Shown here piece after piece: positions 24,288 to 40,493 of a stretch of DNA of 64,000 nt (the first letter of the stretch is position 1; each line of letters starts with the position of its first letter). The DNA lies in assembly GCA_028023455.1 (NCBI GenBank), contig JAQFVV010000002.1, positions 14,446,001-14,510,000 of the forward strand, given 5' to 3'. Both the position numbers and the translations under genes were made by a program. This DNA is from Epiperipatus broadwayi (lineage: Eukaryota; Animalia; Onychophora). The notes below the pieces were generated by a model. That model saw only the letters and a program-made list of their open reading frames with translations, did no database searches and was not told the origin of the DNA.

Positions 24288-25068
24288 TTATCTATCAGTA
24301 TCCAATCTCTGCCATTTCTAACTTTATTTCCACCTTATCTGTTCTAACACTATTTGGATTTAATTCATCTCTCATATCTTTTACCATCTCAACATCCTTT
24401 TCTACTACCTGACTTTCTTTAGTCAGATCTTTTTCTACAGTTTCTACAGCCACCTGACTTTTCTCAATTTTTTCCTTTATTTCTTGCCTCATCCCTTTCA
24501 TTTCCTCTATCATTTCAGCTTTGAACTCCTCCAACATTGCTCAATTTTCTTGTCATAAATTGTCTCATCTTGGCTTTCATCATATCCATCATCATCTGGG
24601 TCTCTGACACTTCTTTTTCCTTTTCTATTATTTGTGGATTTTTAAAAGAAATAGTGCTTTCTTCTAACAGTACTCATATCAATTTCTACGCTGTTTTCCA
24701 TTTTTGCAAACATGATTAACTCCAATATATCTAGCTTTTATTCTCAATTGTAATTAAAAATTTTCACTTTAAATTATATAAGTACTTAATATTTATTTAT
24801 CACTTTCTTACATTAAAAAAAAATTTTTTTTATTATAGAAATCAAAAAGAAAAATGCTATTGAACTGGTTCTTTAATTATTCTTTTGAAAAAGACAAACT
24901 CCTACTCAAACTGCTCCAATAATACACACCACAACTAGCACAAATTGATCCCTAATACTAAATCTTGCCTCATTATCCCTAAAATATTCCTCAACTATCT
25001 GAACAAAATCTCACATGGGTTTTCAATTCAAAGCCCTATGTTGGTAGCACTAAAATTTTAATATTTGT

Positions 25069-26845
<1,777 letters not shown>

Positions 26846-27873
26846 AAAATTAAGTCCCAGATTAACAATACATTTATGTGTACCTAAAAGAACTGATCTA
26901 GATTATCTTATAATGTAATGGTAAGATCAACTGGAACTATGTCAATGACAACCATGATGTCCAGTTAAATTACATTCATATTATTCTATGAATTTATTTG
27001 TAAAGCTTATATAATATTAGTTATAAAAAATAATCACCACAATAAAAGATAATTTTAAAATTATTTAATTTTAAAAAACTATCTGAAACTCTTAAAATTA
27101 TAAAATTTACATCATCAAATTAAGAATAGCTTAGTAGCCAATTACTAACCACTATTGAATTATTATATGAGTTGACAATTTATGAGCCACCTACTAAAGT
27201 TTGTTGACAATTCTTCAATTTTGCTCACCCAAAATTGATCTCATATCATAGTTCCAGTACAAAACTCTAGCATATAAATATATTTATCAAATAAAATTTA
27301 TATAGATTTATCAAAAATACAGATTGCACAGCCTATAAGTATAATGATAATCAAATGATTAATTGCTTTAGGTTTTATAAGATGGGTTAAGGTTAGGTGT
27401 ATATCAAAAGTTATATATAGAAAATAATTTGCAGTATTTGAAGATTGGTAGATGTTTTAGAATACAATAAATCTTGTAAATAATAAAATAGATTTATAAA
27501 TAATGTTTCTAAAACAATATGCTTTATTAAAAATAATTATGTGATAAACTAAATAATTTAATGACTTAGAAGAGAACTACTCAAAAACAAAAACCTTTAA
27601 AAGAATAAAGTAACTTTTGACTTTAATTAGATTACTGAATATATACCACAATTTATCATCTTTATCATGGCTTATTAAGAATAGATAGAATTGTGTATAT
27701 ATTTTTTACAATGCAGATATAATAATAAAAATTAAACAACACAAAAACAATAGTTTAATTTAATTAAACCCTAAATTGAACAATTCTGAGATTTGAGCTT
27801 TCAAAAGCCAAATCATCAGCAAAAACACAAACATAAAAAGTAAAGACAAAAAATATATATTGATGGTATAAAT

Positions 27874-28295
27874 TAGGGGTTGCCAACTTTTGTGTTCATA
27901 AGATCTAATTTTTATTTTAAAAATGTATTGCGATCAACTTGTTGTCATAAGCATAATCTAAGTGGAGGGTGTGAAATACATACTATTTTTATATATCTAC
28001 CTATGTAAAAAATAATTATTTAATGGGCCAAAAAACTCATGGTCGGGGGAATTAAAGCAACATGACTAATTATTAACAATATTTATTAATTCAAATTAGC
28101 TACATTAAGTCAAGATTAAAAATATTATTTTCAATAATGATGCGACTTCATGGACTTTGCCTATGTAGAATTGAAAAAAAATTAGAACAAAATCAAAATC
28201 TTGACTTAATTTGTTTCACTCTTCACATGACGGCTCTTGTCAGATTAGCCTTGCGATCGACCAGTGGATCACGATCAACTTGTTGGCCATCCCTG
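27874..28295. mobile_element. hAT-family MITE (422 bp)
   Basis: TIRs TAGGGGTTGCCAAC / GTTGGCCATCCCTG (11/14); 8-bp TSD GTATAAAT (27866-27873 and 28296-28303); subterminal GCGATC[A/G]AC motifs. Confidence 0.9.
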
Positions 28296-31200
28296 GTATA
28301 AATAATGGATAAATTTATATCCCAAAATGGAACATGTTAAACTTTTACATTGATTACAGTTGGATTCTTAATTAATGAATCAATAAAAATCATAATGATT
28401 CTATTATATAGACAACTTTCCAGTAAACAAAAAATCTCTAAAGCCTTTGCTAAAAGCTTTAGAAATATCAATAAACATCACCAAAGTCTTTTTGTAAATA
28501 AATGAGTAATAATATTAACATTGTCAAAAATATCTCTACAAAATCCCCAATTGATACAAACGCATACCAAATTTTGACAAAATATATATTTTTTTATCAA
28601 ATAATATATTATTTTGATATTTATTATTGACCAAACAGTTTCCAAAATAAAGACTACAACAATATAGGTCTATACTTTAGAATGATAATATTGTGAAGTA
28701 ATTGTATATATTTTTAAGCATTCTAAAAAAAAAAATTGAATGTAATTAAAGTGCAAAGTTTTAACTGGTATATTAATATGTCAATGCTTTTCTTAATAGT
28801 CATTAATTCTCAGTTACTCATAAATATCACTATCTATATATCTGTATCAATTAATAGTAAGGATTTCAAATTACATGAGCCAAATCTACTTTGCATAAAA
28901 ACATGAAATTATTCTACCATTTAACATCATCAGCAACAAAAATAATAATAATGAAGTTGTGCATATCTGCTTGCATATATGCTTGCTTAATGTTTGTTTG
29001 GATTATAGCCTATTTCCCATCATATATAATTTATTTCCCAATATCCGCACATCTTAGTAATTAGCGCATGTGTGCATGTATAATTTTACATTTTAAAGTT
29101 AAAAGCTGATTGTTTTAAGTCACACTATATTATTTTAAGAAAATGGATTTTGTTACAAGCATAAACAATTAAGTAAAGAAATGTTAAATATTGCATACAA
29201 TGAAAGCAAGGTAGGAATCCATTACAGGAGGGAGTGTAGATGCATATTTCCTTATCTATAGATGCAATCAGCTGAAATAATTACAGTTGAACACCTTTAG
29301 AGTCTATACACATTTTAAGGTGTTAAATGAAAAGTAAAAAACAATGGCAAGAAAAACAATTCATCTGCACACAAGGCATGAGGAAGTAGAAAACTAATAG
29401 AACATCAATTAAAAGTAAAAGCAGGACTAAATCCATTAAGAATTAATAAAGTGGACCCAAGCATAAAAATAGGTATATAAGCATGAAAGGGGGTATTGTG
29501 GGAAAAGAGTCATATTTGGCACAAGATCCTATTTAGATGAGGTGTATTATTTGCATAAGATCATATTCACATTTGGCTTAATATTTTGCACAAGATCTTA
29601 TATATATTCAGTGTAAATTTCTAATTAGTTATCCTGCTTAAGATTCTGCTTATTACTCTTTTGTTATTCGTGAAGAAGAAAAATAAAATTTTAAAAGTTC
29701 CTGCCATTATGAGTGAGTAGATGGGTGTCAGCTTCTCACTGGTTATCGGTGAAGTTTTGGCATCCAGAAAAGTTCCATCAACATGAGGAAGACCCATCTA
29801 TGTCCTACCATCTCCATGCAAGTCTGAAGACCATGAATCAGTATATCCATCTACACAGAAAAAGTCTCAAAAGTCATTATCATCTTGCTTATAAAATGCT
29901 TTAATTTTATTCAAAAGTTTTTTAACTGTAACTCATGTTTTTTAGCATATTTTCTTCAGCTAGTCTTAACTTAATAAATTGTATATAGTATTTATCATTG
30001 ATATTAAATCTATTCATCTTAAGTATTTAGAAAATTAGAAATCTATTTTGCATTTTTATTTATGTTACCTTGCATGATGGAGGGAGTTAAATTTTAAATC
30101 ATTAAAGATGTTTCCACTTCTATGCTCTCAACATCCCAAGGGATAGTGTGAGTTAAGGAGATGCTAAATTTAAAGTTGTAAAATTTATAGTAATAACAAT
30201 ATTAATCTAAAATGTTTTTTTTTTTGCTTTCTTTTCTTACTCTTAGTCCCCCTCCCCATCATGTTAAGTAAAGTTATTTTTCAATTTCTTAGAATTGTGT
30301 AAAGAATTTGTGAAGGATAGTGAGTGTATTCCCATTCAATTAATTATATACATCTTTTTTTTTTATCATGCTGCTCTATAAATATAACCCAACACATGCA
30401 CTAGAAATTAATTTATAATTGAAGATATCTGTAATAAAAACAATATATTAATTCTGTTTAAGTTTTACTTCACGTGCCACTAAAGTTAATAATTCTCTTT
30501 TGTTAAAATGATCCTAAGTAATGAAAATTAATATTAAGGCTGTCATATTTATAATTGAAGATTCCATTATGTGAAAGTAATAATAACAAAGCTATTGAGA
30601 TGTATGTATTGCATTGCTTATCGATGCAGTACAATATATATGTAAATTAAACCACAATTCATGTATAGGCAATGTAAGAAGTAATGGATCACGCTATCAG
30701 TCTATATTAGGGGTAATTAATCTTCCCTTTACTTTAAATGTTATATTATTAGATTTCCAAGTTTAAGATGATTAAAAATAGTTATTGTGAATAGGTTCTA
30801 GTTTTATGACAATCATATGTGGTTAATAATGGTGTTTATTTGTCATATAAAAATAAGTTTTATAATGTTTATTATTAGTGTAGGTGGAAGGTTTAATAAT
30901 TTATCATTTATCTTTATGTATATTGTGTTCTTACTCCTTCATATATGTTGCAATGATCATATTATTATTGAATTTTTACCTTTGTTCACTACATAGTTCA
31001 CTAATCTTCATATAGTTACTGCAACAAGTGCAGTTTATACTCCTACTTGCTTGCCCAGGTTCCTAATCATGTATTAGAAGTGGTCTAGGTTGTGCGATGG
31101 AGTTGAAGACTTATTGCCACCCCAAATCCTAGATTTAGCACTTCTTCTTCATTGGTATGCACCCTCAGCTAGAAGCAGGAGCACCCCTGCAGTCATGAAC

Positions 31201-31926
31201 ATCTATCCTTAGTTGTGAACTGTGCCATCAGATCGCTAAGCCGATCATCTTTACATTTGTTTACCACTGACAGCACTCACATAGGGTAGTATCTCAATGT
31301 CTAAGTAATGTTTATCTGTGTAACTTTCCTCTGCACTCATCAGTAACCCTGGATACTCTTAAATTGAACCTGCCCACAATTGTCCCATTAAACAAATATA
31401 AATAAGTAATAGATTGTTAGATTCAAGCCTATAATGGGGTTATAGCTTCTCACACCTTCGGTTTGCTTTTCAATATTACAATTACTTATTGGTACATAAT
31501 TTAAACCTCTTTTTAAGACATTCATCTCATCATCATTAAAAATTTTATTAGTTAAATTAATAACAAAATTTTCTTTCCCCTCTTTTTTATTTTCATGTTT
31601 TTTACAATGCCTTAGTAAAATCCATTTTTTTAAAATATCATACTTTATTAATAAAATACATTTTAAATCCTATTCCTTAATTGTAATTGATCTTATTAAA
31701 CTTAATATATTTTCATAACAATATTTAATAACTCAAACTTTTTTTATATATGCCAAATTTAAATAGCAAAAGAAAATTAAAAAAAAAATTATAAACAAGC
31801 TAAATACAAGTGAACGATATTTTTTAAGAAGAGTACAAGTTTAATAAAATGTAATAGAAAAAAATTAACAGTAATTAAAACAAAATTTTGGAAATAAACA
31901 TATAAAATCAACATAGATATTATTTA

Positions 31927-33756
31927 ATGAGATTTTTGCTGTTCTACATTGGATGCCATATGTTTTATATCTCATTTATATTTTGGCACTTTAATAATGT
32001 ACATGCTGAACTAGATTCATCTGTCATTCTATTTCTCGAACTGTCTTTAATTAAATTCATTTCTGAAAACAATGATTCACATACATGTGTAAAAGGGAAA
32101 ATTGATAATAGTGGTCACTAATTTTTTAAACAATTAAATGTTTCAGGCAGTCAATAGTTCCTTTTCAGCATTCTTTTTACTTATGCCCAATAATCGACCA
32201 TTTTCCATTGTTTCTAACTCATTCTTCAAATCAACAATTTCTGTTTCCATATAGAACTGGATTTAAAATCAACTGATTGCATTTCCATATCTTCCAAATT
32301 AAGCTACTCAAAAATTTCTAACTTGAGACTATCCATTAATTATGTCTGGGTATAAAATAAATTTTGATGTTTCTGAAAATTGTCTGCACTGTGTAAATCT
32401 TAAAGAAAATTCAGCAATTATCAATTGAATAACAGCATAAAACTCTTGCATCAATTTTACTTGATTTGGTTTCTCATGAAATTCTAAATCAGTCAAGAAC
32501 TTTTTTATATTTGGAAAATATTTGAAGGTGTAAGAAATAACATCACAGTTGAAAATTTGTAATTTAACTTCAAATGTTTTGATCAAATCAAACATGATAA
32601 CAATTGTCTTATTATAACCTTGTTTCACATTTAATTCATTTAGATGTGAACACATATCAGTAAAAAACATTAATTTTGAAAGTCATTCAACATCCATTAA
32701 TTCATTATATTGTTCAATGATTTTCTCATTACGTAAAAACGGTCTAATTTTATCTAAACACTCAATGAATGTTTGAAGAACTTTTCCTCAACTTAACCAT
32801 CGGACATTGTTGTACATAAGCAAAACACTGTATACTGAGTTCACCTCATTCAATAAATTTCAAAATTTTCATTTATTTAGAGCTTCTGTAGATATAAAAT
32901 CGACTAACTTAGTTATAAATGTTCATAACATCAAACAGTGGCTTAAAGCTGGTCTTCATGCATAAAACTTGTATATCCAATATGATTGGTAAATAAACTA
33001 AAAAAACATTTTCTTTTCCAGTCATACATCAAATATCATCTGTAGTTACTGATACAATTTTGGCAACATCTATTTCTTTTTCAGCAAGTACATTTGAAAC
33101 TTCATTGCAAATATCTATACTTTTGTTGTTGTTACTAATGAGGTTAAACTTATCAATTCTTCTTTGATATTATTCCAACACACTAGCAAATAAAAATAGC
33201 CAAACGAGCTGATCTATTTATGTCTATACTTTTATCAAGGTAGAGAGAAATTAAACTAGAAAATGTTGTTAACCATTTGCAGGATTCTTTCTTTAACTGT
33301 ATTTGTAGCCAATGGTAAATCTTTTATTCTCTGAATAATTTTGGCTTTGTTTTCAAAATCTTCAAACAGAACTGGTGCACATTTTATCCTAGCTTCTTTC
33401 ATATATTCTTCACCATTAAAAGGTTTCCATGTTTGGCAATTACATTTAAAATTAAAAAAAACTAGCAGCAGTTATATTTGAATGACATCGATACATTTCA
33501 TTATAGATGTTGATTGACTATTTATATTTTTAAATATTTGGGCAATATATTTTTTTACTCATCTTTACTTTTTTCATAGTGTTTTATGATTGATCTCATA
33601 ACACCATTTTACCGATGATGTTTTCAATACAACTATTCTGGAACATAAAACACATACTGCCTCTGTGCCTTTGTTAATCATTCCATACTCATCAGTTCAC
33701 CAATTTTGAAATTCTCTAAGGCTTGACAATTTTTGCTTTTTATTTTCACTAATCAT
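31927..33756 (-). pseudogene. hAT transposase remnant (Buster/Charlie/GTF2IRD2-like)
   Basis: N-terminal EFQNW*TDEYG..AVCVLC..SSVK..YEINH, middle MCSHLNELNVK-QG, C-terminal THVCESLFSEMNLIK..RNRMTDE. Many stops and frameshifts. A possible TIR CAGTGCTATCAAAC lies at 33897-33910 (-), unpaired. Confidence 0.85.
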
Positions 33757-34471
33757 ATTAATATAATGGTAACAAATTTATTTAAAAGTAAATTTAAATG
33801 AGCTTTAATAATTTTATAAATCAAAGATTTATTATATATTAAAATATATTATCCTTACATTGCACTTTTATAGCAAAACTTCAAGCAAAAAAAATTGTTT
33901 GATAGCACTGATTACGCATTTCGTTCCTTTGTTCACGATATTGATTACGTTAAAAAAATGAATGGTGTAAACACGTTTAGATCAAAAATTAGAACAGAAA
34001 ATCATTTTATTACTTTTATTTTAGATTTGAAAAAATTTACTTCAAAGAGTTATAAAATATTTTACTGAGTTTACTTTCTAGTTTTATTGGAATCATTTGA
34101 CAGATTTATTAAATATGATATCACAATATATCGTACCACTTTATTTGATTTAAAATATCATTTACACCCACATATGTATAATTTTATTTTTTCAAATTTT
34201 GTTAATTTATAGCTTCTAATCAGACTTCAGTTATAAATTGAATTCTAATATAATATTTTATTTATTTTACCTTTGGCTCAGTTGTTGCAACCAAAAGGTG
34301 TATCAGTTAATAAAAAAATAAATGTTCCCAGAAATAAAAAACATGCAAGATCTGCAAATTATCAAATTGAAAGAAACATTATTAAAATATTAAAATAAAA
34401 GAACTAGAAAATTATAATAGTCGGTAAATTATTTTACCTTTACATTCATTTTATTATTACTATTTATATTT

Positions 34472-34856
34472 CATCATCATCATCATCGACCATTATCAAT
34501 CCACTGCAGGATGAAGGTTTCTCCAAGTTTAATCCATCTTCTCTGATCTTAAGCTTCTCTTCTCCACATCATCCTGCACACTGTCTTATTTCATCCATCC
34601 ATCTCACATGTGGTCTTTTTCTGGCTCTTTTAAATCTCTTGGAATCCAGTTTAGGATTTCAATCGCCCATCTATTATCATCTCTTCTAGCAATATGTCCA
34701 GCCCAAATCCACTTCAATCTTTTAATTTTTTCAATGAGGTCAGTAACACCTGTTTGTTCTCTTACCCATACATTGCGTTTTCGATCTCTTCTTGATACTC
34801 CCAACATGCATCTCTCCATACTTCTTTGAGTGGTCTGGAGTCTCTGTATTGCTCTT
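34472..34856 (-). mobile_element. 5'-truncated RTE-clade LINE
   Basis: MERCMLGVSRRDRKRNVWVREQT...WAGHIAR, a (TGA)n tail, and ~12-bp TSD CTATTTATATTT (34460-34471 and 34857-34868). Confidence 0.93.
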
Positions 34857-35405
34857 CTATTTATATTTAAATTTTAATAAGTAAGCATTTCTTTAGGATT
34901 TTGCTCTCACCGCTAAAGTTTAAAAAGCAAAAAAAAAAAAAAAAGCTACAAGATTAAAAAACCTTATCTAGTTTTGATATTCTGTTTCATTTTTATTCAA
35001 TATTTGCTTTAATCTTTGTTCCTTCCTGTTCATAATAGATTATTGTAATATATTTATTATTTCATTCATTTTTGAAGGATTTTGTAACGTATTTTTTTAA
35101 ATCAATATTTCAGCGTTATTTTGTGCCACTTCACTTTTATTCTGGATATTTGATCTAATATTTAACATCACAGATATATCAACACATATTGGGATATTTT
35201 TTGGTACCATCATACTTTGTAATAAATGCTGGATTATATATACATACACATTGTTATGTCTGGCAATACTACAAAATTTATATCTTTTTCAATCCTACAT
35301 GTATTTTAGTATCAAAAACAGGTTTATTCAACTATGTTTACAATAAAAGAAAAAATTATAAAATAATATTAAATTTAGCAATACATTTATAAACCATTAA
35401 ATTAC

Positions 35406-38400
35406 TTAAGGTCCAATATTAATAAGATTCCATGTGGAATTTACTATTAAGTGAGGAGCTAACTTCAAATCTCTTTCTTTGATATCTTTTAATTTTTGTA
35501 AAAAAATTAATGTTGGATCAGGTATAACAGACTTGAAGATTAGGAAGCATCTGACAAACCATAGACAGAAAGTGATGAAAGTAGCACTTCTTATAATTGC
35601 AAAATCTCCATAAGCAAAACCTTCTATGAGTGTGTTGATAATTGGATGTTTTGGTGTATAAATATGATTAATCAATAACCTACATCCCTGAAGAGAGGAA
35701 CAATCATTGAAAATATGAAACATGGTATCGTCCTCCCTATGGCAGAGTGAACAAACAGGGTCCAAAGATGAAAAACCTCTATACATCACAAGAAAGTGGC
35801 TTGTTGGAAGGGCATTGAAATTTAGCTTTAGAAGAAAGTCCAAATATTTTGGCTCTAGATTACATCTTTTATATTTCTTTATAATAGCAAAGTTTGTACA
35901 GGTGAGAATGTTATGATCTGGGATAATTGTTGAAAAAAAAAAGAAGATAGGCATCCCAATAACGAAGTTTCGTTGGTTTTATTTGAGTTAAAGGTGTGAG
36001 AATTTTTGCAATGTCAATTAAGACTTGTGTCAGCCAACCATCATTAATTAGAGGTGGAGTATCTGTAAGATGAATAGATAGAAGAGGTGAGTCATCAGGA
36101 AAAATCCCATTAAGTCTTGTAATGAGGTTATTTGATTTCTGTAGACAAAGAATCTGAAGTGAATGCAGTGACAAGCCTTTAAGTCTTGTTGGTCTCTGCA
36201 CTCTTCTTAAGCTAATAGCAACAGTTTTACCCTTCCACATTAATCTAGAGCAAAGAGAGTTTATATTCTGGATAAATTTTGATGAGAATTTAATGAACGG
36301 CATGTAGTAAGCAATTCTGGGGAACCGTAACATGTTAAGTAGGGCTGCTTTTGCAAATAATGATGTATAAACTTTTGAAAGTGAATCAATTATTTTCCTT
36401 GCAAAATTCATGATGGTGTCTTCTATTAATTTCCTCATTGCTGCTTGAGAGAGACTCATTGGTAAGCCCAAAAATTTTTGTGGCATAGCTGTGAAAAGGG
36501 ATGGAATGGATTTTCCAGATGAAAGTCTCCATACAGCAGATTTTCTAAGGTTAAATGCAAGACCTGGCTCTATGGTGAAATTGTCCATAATTTGAATTAG
36601 TTTCAGTATGAACTTTCTAGATGGTAAGAACAGTGCCACATCATCCATGTAGGATATGTGCTGAATGGATTTATTGATACCAGGAATGTACAATCCAGGA
36701 AGATTCATCTCTAAAGATTTAAGGAATGGATTTATATATAGAATGAAGAGTAGGGGACTAAGAGGATAACCCTGTGGAATCGACTTGGTAGGTGTGAATG
36801 AGTTTGAAATTTTGCCATTTAATGAAATTGCAATATGTCTGTTTAATAGAAGGTTAGTAATGATGTTCATTATACCTGTGGGAATGTTCAGACCACTTAG
36901 AAGATGTATTAGTTGAGGAATTCTGACTTAGTCAAAAGCAGCTGAAATATCAAGTTGGACAACTATTGGCTTTGACTTTTTATTTTTTCTTGTATAATCT
37001 GTAATTAACCTGAATAGGCAGAGTGCCTCAGCTGTGGAACTACCTTTCTTTGCAAATTGAAAACTAGAGATAAAAGGCAGAATAAGATTTTGAATTTTAT
37101 CTTTGATAATTGATTCAATCAGTTTCATAATCAATGGAGTCATTGAGATTGGTCTAAGGTTCTCCAGAGGCCATGGGATAATAGCACTCTTAAGAACTGG
37201 GACCATCGCAATAGAGTTGATCAATTGTAAGGGGACCTGAAGCAAGTAGATCAATCATTCTACTCACTATTGATACTGTGAAGGCTTCAAGATGTTTGAA
37301 CATGAATTTTGGTATTCCATGGATTCCAGGGTGTATTCTATCAGGCATGGATGAGAGTTTAGCTCTAATATCATCATTACATATACCATGAATTGTCTCA
37401 CAAGAATATATGGATGTATCAAGCACCAAATTCTGTGAAACATCTACTAACTTGCATTTATAATGATTTAAAATTTGTAAAATCATGCCATTACCCGAGA
37501 AAATTATATTATTCACTGTGATTGCTGATGGAATTTTAGAAAACCCATAGCCCACCTTATATATCCCCTTGAGAAGTTATGAGGTTTAGAGAGGTAAAGC
37601 CTCACCTTTTTAGTAGCCAGATAGTCTATTAGGATTTGGTGTGTCTCTACATATTGTCGCTTCAGGTCAATAATAACCTGTACAGATGCTGGTGTTGGAA
37701 GTATATCTTTCAATGTTGTAATTAAGCTATATGCTTTCTTAAGTAACCCAATCGGCCATTTATTCTTTCTGGTGTAATGAGAAATCAAAGAACTAAGAAT
37801 ATTTATAAAAGCAAACCAAGATTCAGCTGGTGGAAGAGCTAGGATGTCTATTTTCTTGAAAAAAATATAAGCTTCAGAGATAATTGCCTCTGGTGAAGCA
37901 GATTTTAGCAAAATTCTTATTGTAGATTTAAGGTGTACATAGGTTTGATGGGGTAAGTCTAATGTAAGATCAAGTATAATAGCATGATGATCAGAGAAAG
38001 GTAATGGTTGTAAAGATATATTGATGAAGAAGTGCAGTTCCGGAGAGTAATATAATAGGTCTATAAGAGAAGAAAATTTCTTTGTATAAAATGAACATGC
38101 ATCATGTGGGAAAAAACCCTGTGCACACATGAAATGAGAATTTAGAAGGTGTAAAAATTTTGAACTGAAACAGTCATAAGTTGAGTTGAAGTCTCCAAGA
38201 AGAATTGTAGGAAAAGGATTTGAGATAAGTCCTAAATTAATGAGATGTATTTGATTGTGAATGAGCCCAATATCTTTGTTTAAGTAGAGAAAAACTACAT
38301 TGAATTTGAAAGAGTTTATACAAATGGTTATAAAGATTAAATTAGAGTTTAAAAAGCTAATTCTGAAATTTTGTATCAGAGATTTGAAAGGAATAAGAAT

Positions 38401-40100
38401 AGCAACCCCAGCTGATGGGCTATTAGATGTAGAATAATGAAAGTAGCCTAATCTATGCAATTTGTCAATTATCTTTGGATTCAAATTAATATGTAATTTT
38501 GTCTCTCCCAAACAAACTAAATGAGGCAAAAACTTCTTTGTCCAGTGAGCAAGAGCATCAATTCTTTTATCAGAGTTAAGCCCACGGACATTTAAGCCAG
38601 ATATTTTTAATTTCATTCAATATATATAAAGAAAAGAAAAATTTAAAGAAATTGCTTGAGTCTAGATATTTTGTATCTTTATAAAAAAAAAAAAACCATT
38701 TAGAGTATGAGTGTCGATTCTTCAATCTTCTCATTTTTTTTTATCAAGGTTATCTGTAATATTAATATTATGTTCAATATCCATAAGTTTTTGAGGAGTG
38801 ACTTTTTTTGTAGAAATCTTGTCCATGTTTGAATTCCCTTTAGAAGTGATGTCAGACATCTGAGATTTAATTAATGTTAATTTCAGATTGTCAGCTTTAA
38901 GTTTTTTGCTCTTGACATTTGTTTTGCACAATTCATTTCCAGAAGAACTTTTATTTGAGTCTGACAAATCCTCAGAAGTCATTGAATGTGATTTTTCAAT
39001 AGAATTCCTATCACCTCTTCCTGCCTTTCTTTTGGATTTTTGACGAGTATAAGAATAATTTGTTGTCATAATTCCATCCGAATCAGAGTCCATTAAGTGT
39101 GATTTGTTATCTATAATCATTTGCATGTCAGTTTGTTCTTATACAATATGGTTCTTTACAGGAAATACAGGCATCAGAACTTCATGAGCTTGAGGCTGTA
39201 TGAGTAATTCTGAAGGTGATTGTAATGTAGCAAGTATATTTTGATTTGAAGATCTATCACAGTTATGGAATTTGCTGTTTCTTCCCTTGCATTTAATGCA
39301 AATTCTAGCAGGGCAGTCTTTTATGAGATGTGTTCTTAGACGGCATAGGAAACACTGTGGGGGAATACCCCGAAATGAAATTATAAGAGGAGCTGACTCT
39401 GCACAATGAATTGTAGGAATTGAAGTAGGAGACACACCTTTAATCAGTAATAATTTAAATAGAGCAGAGTTTGTAATGACTTCAGTATTTGCCCTTTTTT
39501 CCAATATATATTTGATCTCTGAAATTGAATGATAAAGTTTCAATAATTTTTTGAGATCATGTTGCCCGAAATTCAAATAACAGTTTCTTATATAACCTGA
39601 TAAGATTACTGGTCTGTTCATGTTTACATTAACCACTATTTTGTTGCTAATGATTTTAAGAGAATTTAGTAAAATGCTTTTCTGTAGAATATTATGACAT
39701 TGAATTATAAGATACCTATTATTTGGGTGATTGATAAATAAGAGACCATAATTTTTTTTCAGTAATTTCTTGGCAAAAATGATCAACAGGAAATCTAAAA
39801 AGATCTTTGTTTCTGTTTGTAACTGCCAGAACAATTGATTTTTTATTAGTGTAGTTGATGAATGATCTTAGAAGCTGATCAGGGATAGATTCATTAAACT
39901 GAGTAATAATACTATTGATTTCATCTTGGTCTAAGTTAGCCACCGAGGCTGAATCATTATTAAAAATCCATGTAATACATCAGGAATTAATCATGATAAC
40001 AATTCTTTATCTAATAATGATATATTCAATATTTGTGATGAAGATGCATCTCCCTCATTACATGTCTTTTATTAAATGAAATTGTATGAATTTTTCTATT
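35406..40100 (-). mobile_element. L1/Tx1-type LINE, family A, near full length, inactivated
   Basis: ORF1 remnants at 38731-39943 with CFLCRLRTHLIKDC knuckle. ORF2 has APE (NVRGL, GDFN, SDHH; 37513-38616), RT (LRPIS, QGYPLSP, YMDD) and a C-terminal CSLC..H..DC. Three frameshifts and one TAA stop. The ends are not resolved. Confidence 0.9.
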
Positions 40101-40289
40101 TAAATTTAGTTCTTTTGGATCAATTGTTATCAGTAGAACTAATAGGAATCCAAAATAAAACAAATTGTATGCTTAAGGCTGTAATTAAATGAAGTGTATA
40201 ATTAAAAATGTAGTGCAGTAATTAGAAAAGGTCCCTAATTAAAGAATTAAAATTGCTATTTTCTATGTTAAGAAATAAAATCAAACGAT

Positions 40290-40394
40290 GCATTGGTGGT
40301 CGAAAGGTCAGCGCGACTGCCTTGCACTTGCAGGCAGTTGCCCGGGTTGCGGGTTCGCGTCCCGGCCGATGGTATGACACAAAAAAAAAAAAAA
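40290..40394 (+). mobile_element. tRNA-derived SINE, family A
   Basis: GCATTGGTGGTCG...GGGTTCGCGTCCCGGCCGATG, then TATGAC and poly(A); nearly identical to 48684-48790. Confidence 0.85.
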
Positions 40395-40400
40395 TCCCAA

Positions 40401-40493
40401 GCGTTAGTGGCTTAGTGATTAGCATAGCTGCCTTCCAAGCACCTGACCCGGGTTCGCTTCCCGGTCAACGCATTTGACATATGAAAAAAAAAA
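40401..40493 (+). mobile_element. tRNA-Gly(TCC)-derived SINE/pseudo-tRNA, family G
   Basis: 72-nt Gly(TCC)-like body at 40401-40472 with an A6:C67 mismatch, loss of the D-loop GG, A58>C and an anticodon-stem mismatch. Followed by TTTGACATATG and poly(A). Confidence 0.85.

Noticed and set aside
27791-27820. Hammerhead look-alike on the minus strand (CTGATGA...GAAAGCTC)
   Set aside because: Neither stem I nor stem II can pair.
40401-40472. Functional tRNA-Gly(TCC) gene (and the other tRNA-like sequences)
   Set aside because: Stem mismatches, lost D-loop GG and A58, shared 3' tails and poly(A). Three of the five copies have clear TSDs.
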